In this document: one piece after another, positions 26,389 to 28,049 of the stretch
How positions within the stretch are numbered: the first letter of the stretch is position 1
Layout of the letters: each line of letters starts with the position of its first letter
Assembly: GCA_043732305.1 (NCBI GenBank)
Contig: JAYTHU010000161.1
Location: forward strand, 1 to 28,049
Origin: Oligoflexia bacterium
GTDB taxonomy: Bacteria; Bdellovibrionota; Bdellovibrionia; JABDDW01
Direction of reading: 5' to 3'
Length of the DNA: 28,049 bases
Program-made: the position numbers and the translations under genes
Notes under the pieces: model-generated
What the model saw: the letters and a program-made list of their open reading frames with translations, nothing else
What the model was told of the DNA's origin: nothing
Databases searched by the model: none

Positions 26389-27069
26389 TTACTCAAACCT
26401 CGGAAAACTAAATGTCATCTGACTCTCGGCCATATCCTTCTCAAGTTGCCCAGATGTGGCCACAGCAATCTTTGTTGATTCTTTGTCTTTATGGTTTTGA
26501 ATTTCTAGCGCTTGGGCTTGAAGTTTTAGCGAAGCCCCTTGTATTCTATTTGAAGCACTCTGAGCATGGATCAGCGCGCCAAGGGCCTGAGCTGTTAGCT
26601 TCTGTGCTCTCCCTGGAGAAGCGTCATTGCTGTACTTTTTGATTTGCTCGCCAACAGCATCAAGCTCGTTTGAATAATCGTAAACTTTATTATTAAGATT
26701 TATGGCCTCGGCAACTTCTTTATCTGTATCATTTTGAGTTACAAATTCCCCTGACTGAGTTGCCTCTCCATAAATCGATTTAAGTTGACCCAAGATGTCT
26801 TTAATCTTGTCATATTTTTGATAAATCCCAGGATCGATCCTTGGAAACATGGAATGAAGTAAGGCAAGGGATTCCCCAATTCCCGCATTAGCGTTTAGAA
26901 GAATTTGTTCGGTTCCTTGACCGGTTGAAACAATTTGAGTGAGCGCTGAATATTGTTGGACGGCCTCTTGAAGGATGTCGGCTAATATCGCGTCATCGCC
27001 ACCAAAAATATCCGCACGAGCTGTTGAAGTAAAAGCGCAACTAAGAATCACCAGTAGAGATCCTATCAA
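26389..27069 (-). CDS. VirB5/TrbJ-like secreted helical protein
   Basis: Signal peptide ending ARA, Gln/Ala-rich helical sequence (ASPGRAQKLTAQ), located between VirB4-like and VirB6-like genes. Confidence 0.6.
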   Translation of the reverse strand: MIGSLLVILSCAFTSTARADIFGGDDAILADILQEAVQQYSALTQIVSTGQGTEQILLNANAGIGESLALLHSMFPRIDPGIYQKYDKIKDILGQLKSIYGEATQSGEFVTQNDTDKEVAEAINLNNKVYDYSNELDAVGEQIKKYSNDASPGRAQKLTAQALGALIHAQSASNRIQGASLKLQAQALEIQNHKDKESTKIAVATSGQLEKDMAESQMTFSFPRFE

Positions 27070-28049
27070 GCTGAACTCCTTCTTTTTGCCGCCGCCACTC
27101 CATGTGGAAATTGCCTTGCCAAATTTTCAATGAGCTTTGATACGTCCAGGTTCGGTGACTTTGATAATTCGCTGGTAAAGACGGTCATGTCGGCGGGGTC
27201 TGTTGTACCTACCCAATATTCGTAAGAGGTTGGTTCGATACTCACCATGGCTCGATTTTGTCCGCTCATAAGAAATGCCTGAGAAAAGCTTCCTTTCTGC
27301 TGTGAGATATTCTGGATGAGGGAAAGCTCATTTGGATTTAACTTAAGAACTTCCTCCAAGCGCTTACTATCAGCGCCTCTTTGACTAAGGATCCAATTTG
27401 TCGCGCAGTTTGGCAATAGGGCTTCAGCTATTTTCCCTTTTGCAAAATCATCGATGTTTTGGGAGATACAAGTGAGCGAACCGTTTGCCTTTCTTATAGT
27501 TCTCGCAAATGTTTCAATTAAGGCCGCGCCAGCTTCATCCGCAAAAAGATCCCAGGCTTCGTCGATAATGACTAGTTTGTGGCGAGAGATATCCTTATAC
27601 AGATGGAGGTTGATGTAATTGGTGATCAGATGGAGTGCAACGCTTTGGAGATCAGGAACAGACTTTAAACCGAACAGATCAAAGCAACAGACGTTTTTAG
27701 TGAATGCGACGTTGGTAGGTCGATCTATGATTTTTCCAAAAACAGAATCTCCGCACCACGTCGAAAGTATTTTCGCTATACGACGCATTTCAGGATCGGC
27801 GTGATTTTTTAAAAGTTCTCTCAAGTCAGAGAGTCTTGGGAACTTAATATGGTCGTATATTTCTGAGATCGCTTCTTCTATCAAAGATCGTTCGATGCGG
27901 GTGATCCGATTTTGACCTTCTTCCACCGTCATTTTTTCAACTAGCCCCAATAAGAATTTTAGGTGATCCGAGCTTGGGACAACGTCACCGGGAGCTAGAT
28001 CGAACGGGTTTATTGAAACTCCTGAGTCAAGGCGCATTTGAATATATTG
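27066..28049 (-). CDS. virB4: VirB4/TraC-family conjugation ATPase, C-terminal part (5'-truncated by the window edge)
   Basis: Frame is open to the window end. SINPFDL, PRLSDL, CFDL, LVIIDEAW (Walker B), RTIRKANG and CISQ motifs. Confidence 0.88.
   Translation of the reverse strand, partial: QYIQMRLDSGVSINPFDLAPGDVVPSSDHLKFLLGLVEKMTVEEGQNRITRIERSLIEEAISEIYDHIKFPRLSDLRELLKNHADPEMRRIAKILSTWCGDSVFGKIIDRPTNVAFTKNVCCFDLFGLKSVPDLQSVALHLITNYINLHLYKDISRHKLVIIDEAWDLFADEAGAALIETFARTIRKANGSLTCISQNIDDFAKGKIAEALLPNCATNWILSQRGADSKRLEEVLKLNPNELSLIQNISQQKGSFSQAFLMSGQNRAMVSIEPTSYEYWVGTTDPADMTVFTSELSKSPNLDVSKLIENLARQFPHGVAAAKRRSSA

Larger units (their letters stand above)
18631..28049 (-). mobile_element. Integrative conjugative element inserted at tRNA-Ser(GGA); continues beyond the window
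   Basis: A tyrosine integrase ends 73 nt from the tRNA 3' end. Xis, a relaxase-like gene, an FtsK-like ATPase and VirB-like genes follow, all co-oriented with overlapping start/stop codons. No phage structural genes are seen. Confidence 0.88.

Noticed and set aside
18631..28049. Prophage interpretation of the int/xis region
   Set aside because: No terminase, capsid, tail or lysis genes are present; the neighbours are conjugation genes.
1..28049. CRISPR array, rRNA, IS transposase or defence-system genes
   Set aside because: No regularly spaced repeats, rRNA-like tracts, DDE/HUH transposase motifs or recognisable defence domains were seen.

Overview
Bacterial chromosomal window, most consistent with a Bdellovibrionota/Oligoflexia-like organism. 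This is inferred from a stand-alone spdEFG1/mtEFG1-type EF-G, an 'INSCGVREW' STAS protein and many orphan secreted proteins. The left part (1-18630) is host backbone: ettA (partial), a J-domain protein, psd, fusA with its terminator, several signal-peptide orphans, a CsgG/FlgT-like lipoprotein paired with an apparently Ser-less subtilase-like protein, a STAS/anti-sigma-kinase pair divergent from a PAS-GAF-GGEEF diguanylate cyclase, a TIGR01777 oxidoreductase, an alpha/beta hydrolase, ygfZ, an acyl-ACP thioesterase and tRNA-Ser(GGA). The right part (about 18631-28049) is one end of an integrative conjugative element inserted at that tRNA-Ser. It carries a tyrosine integrase, an HTH excisionase, an RHH-like protein, a TraV/VirB7-like lipoprotein, a Replic_Relax-type protein, an FtsK/SpoIIIE-type ATPase and VirB10/9/8/6/5/4-like genes, all on the minus strand and tightly coupled. 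The most unusual items are this ICE architecture (diderm-type mating channel with an FtsK coupling protein and a non-canonical relaxase, plus a candidate oriT), the CsgG-like/pseudoprotease pair, a tRNA-minihelix-like element, back-to-back FliA-type promoters and a recurring post-signal-peptide Cys motif. All family calls are motif recognition by eye; no database searches were run.
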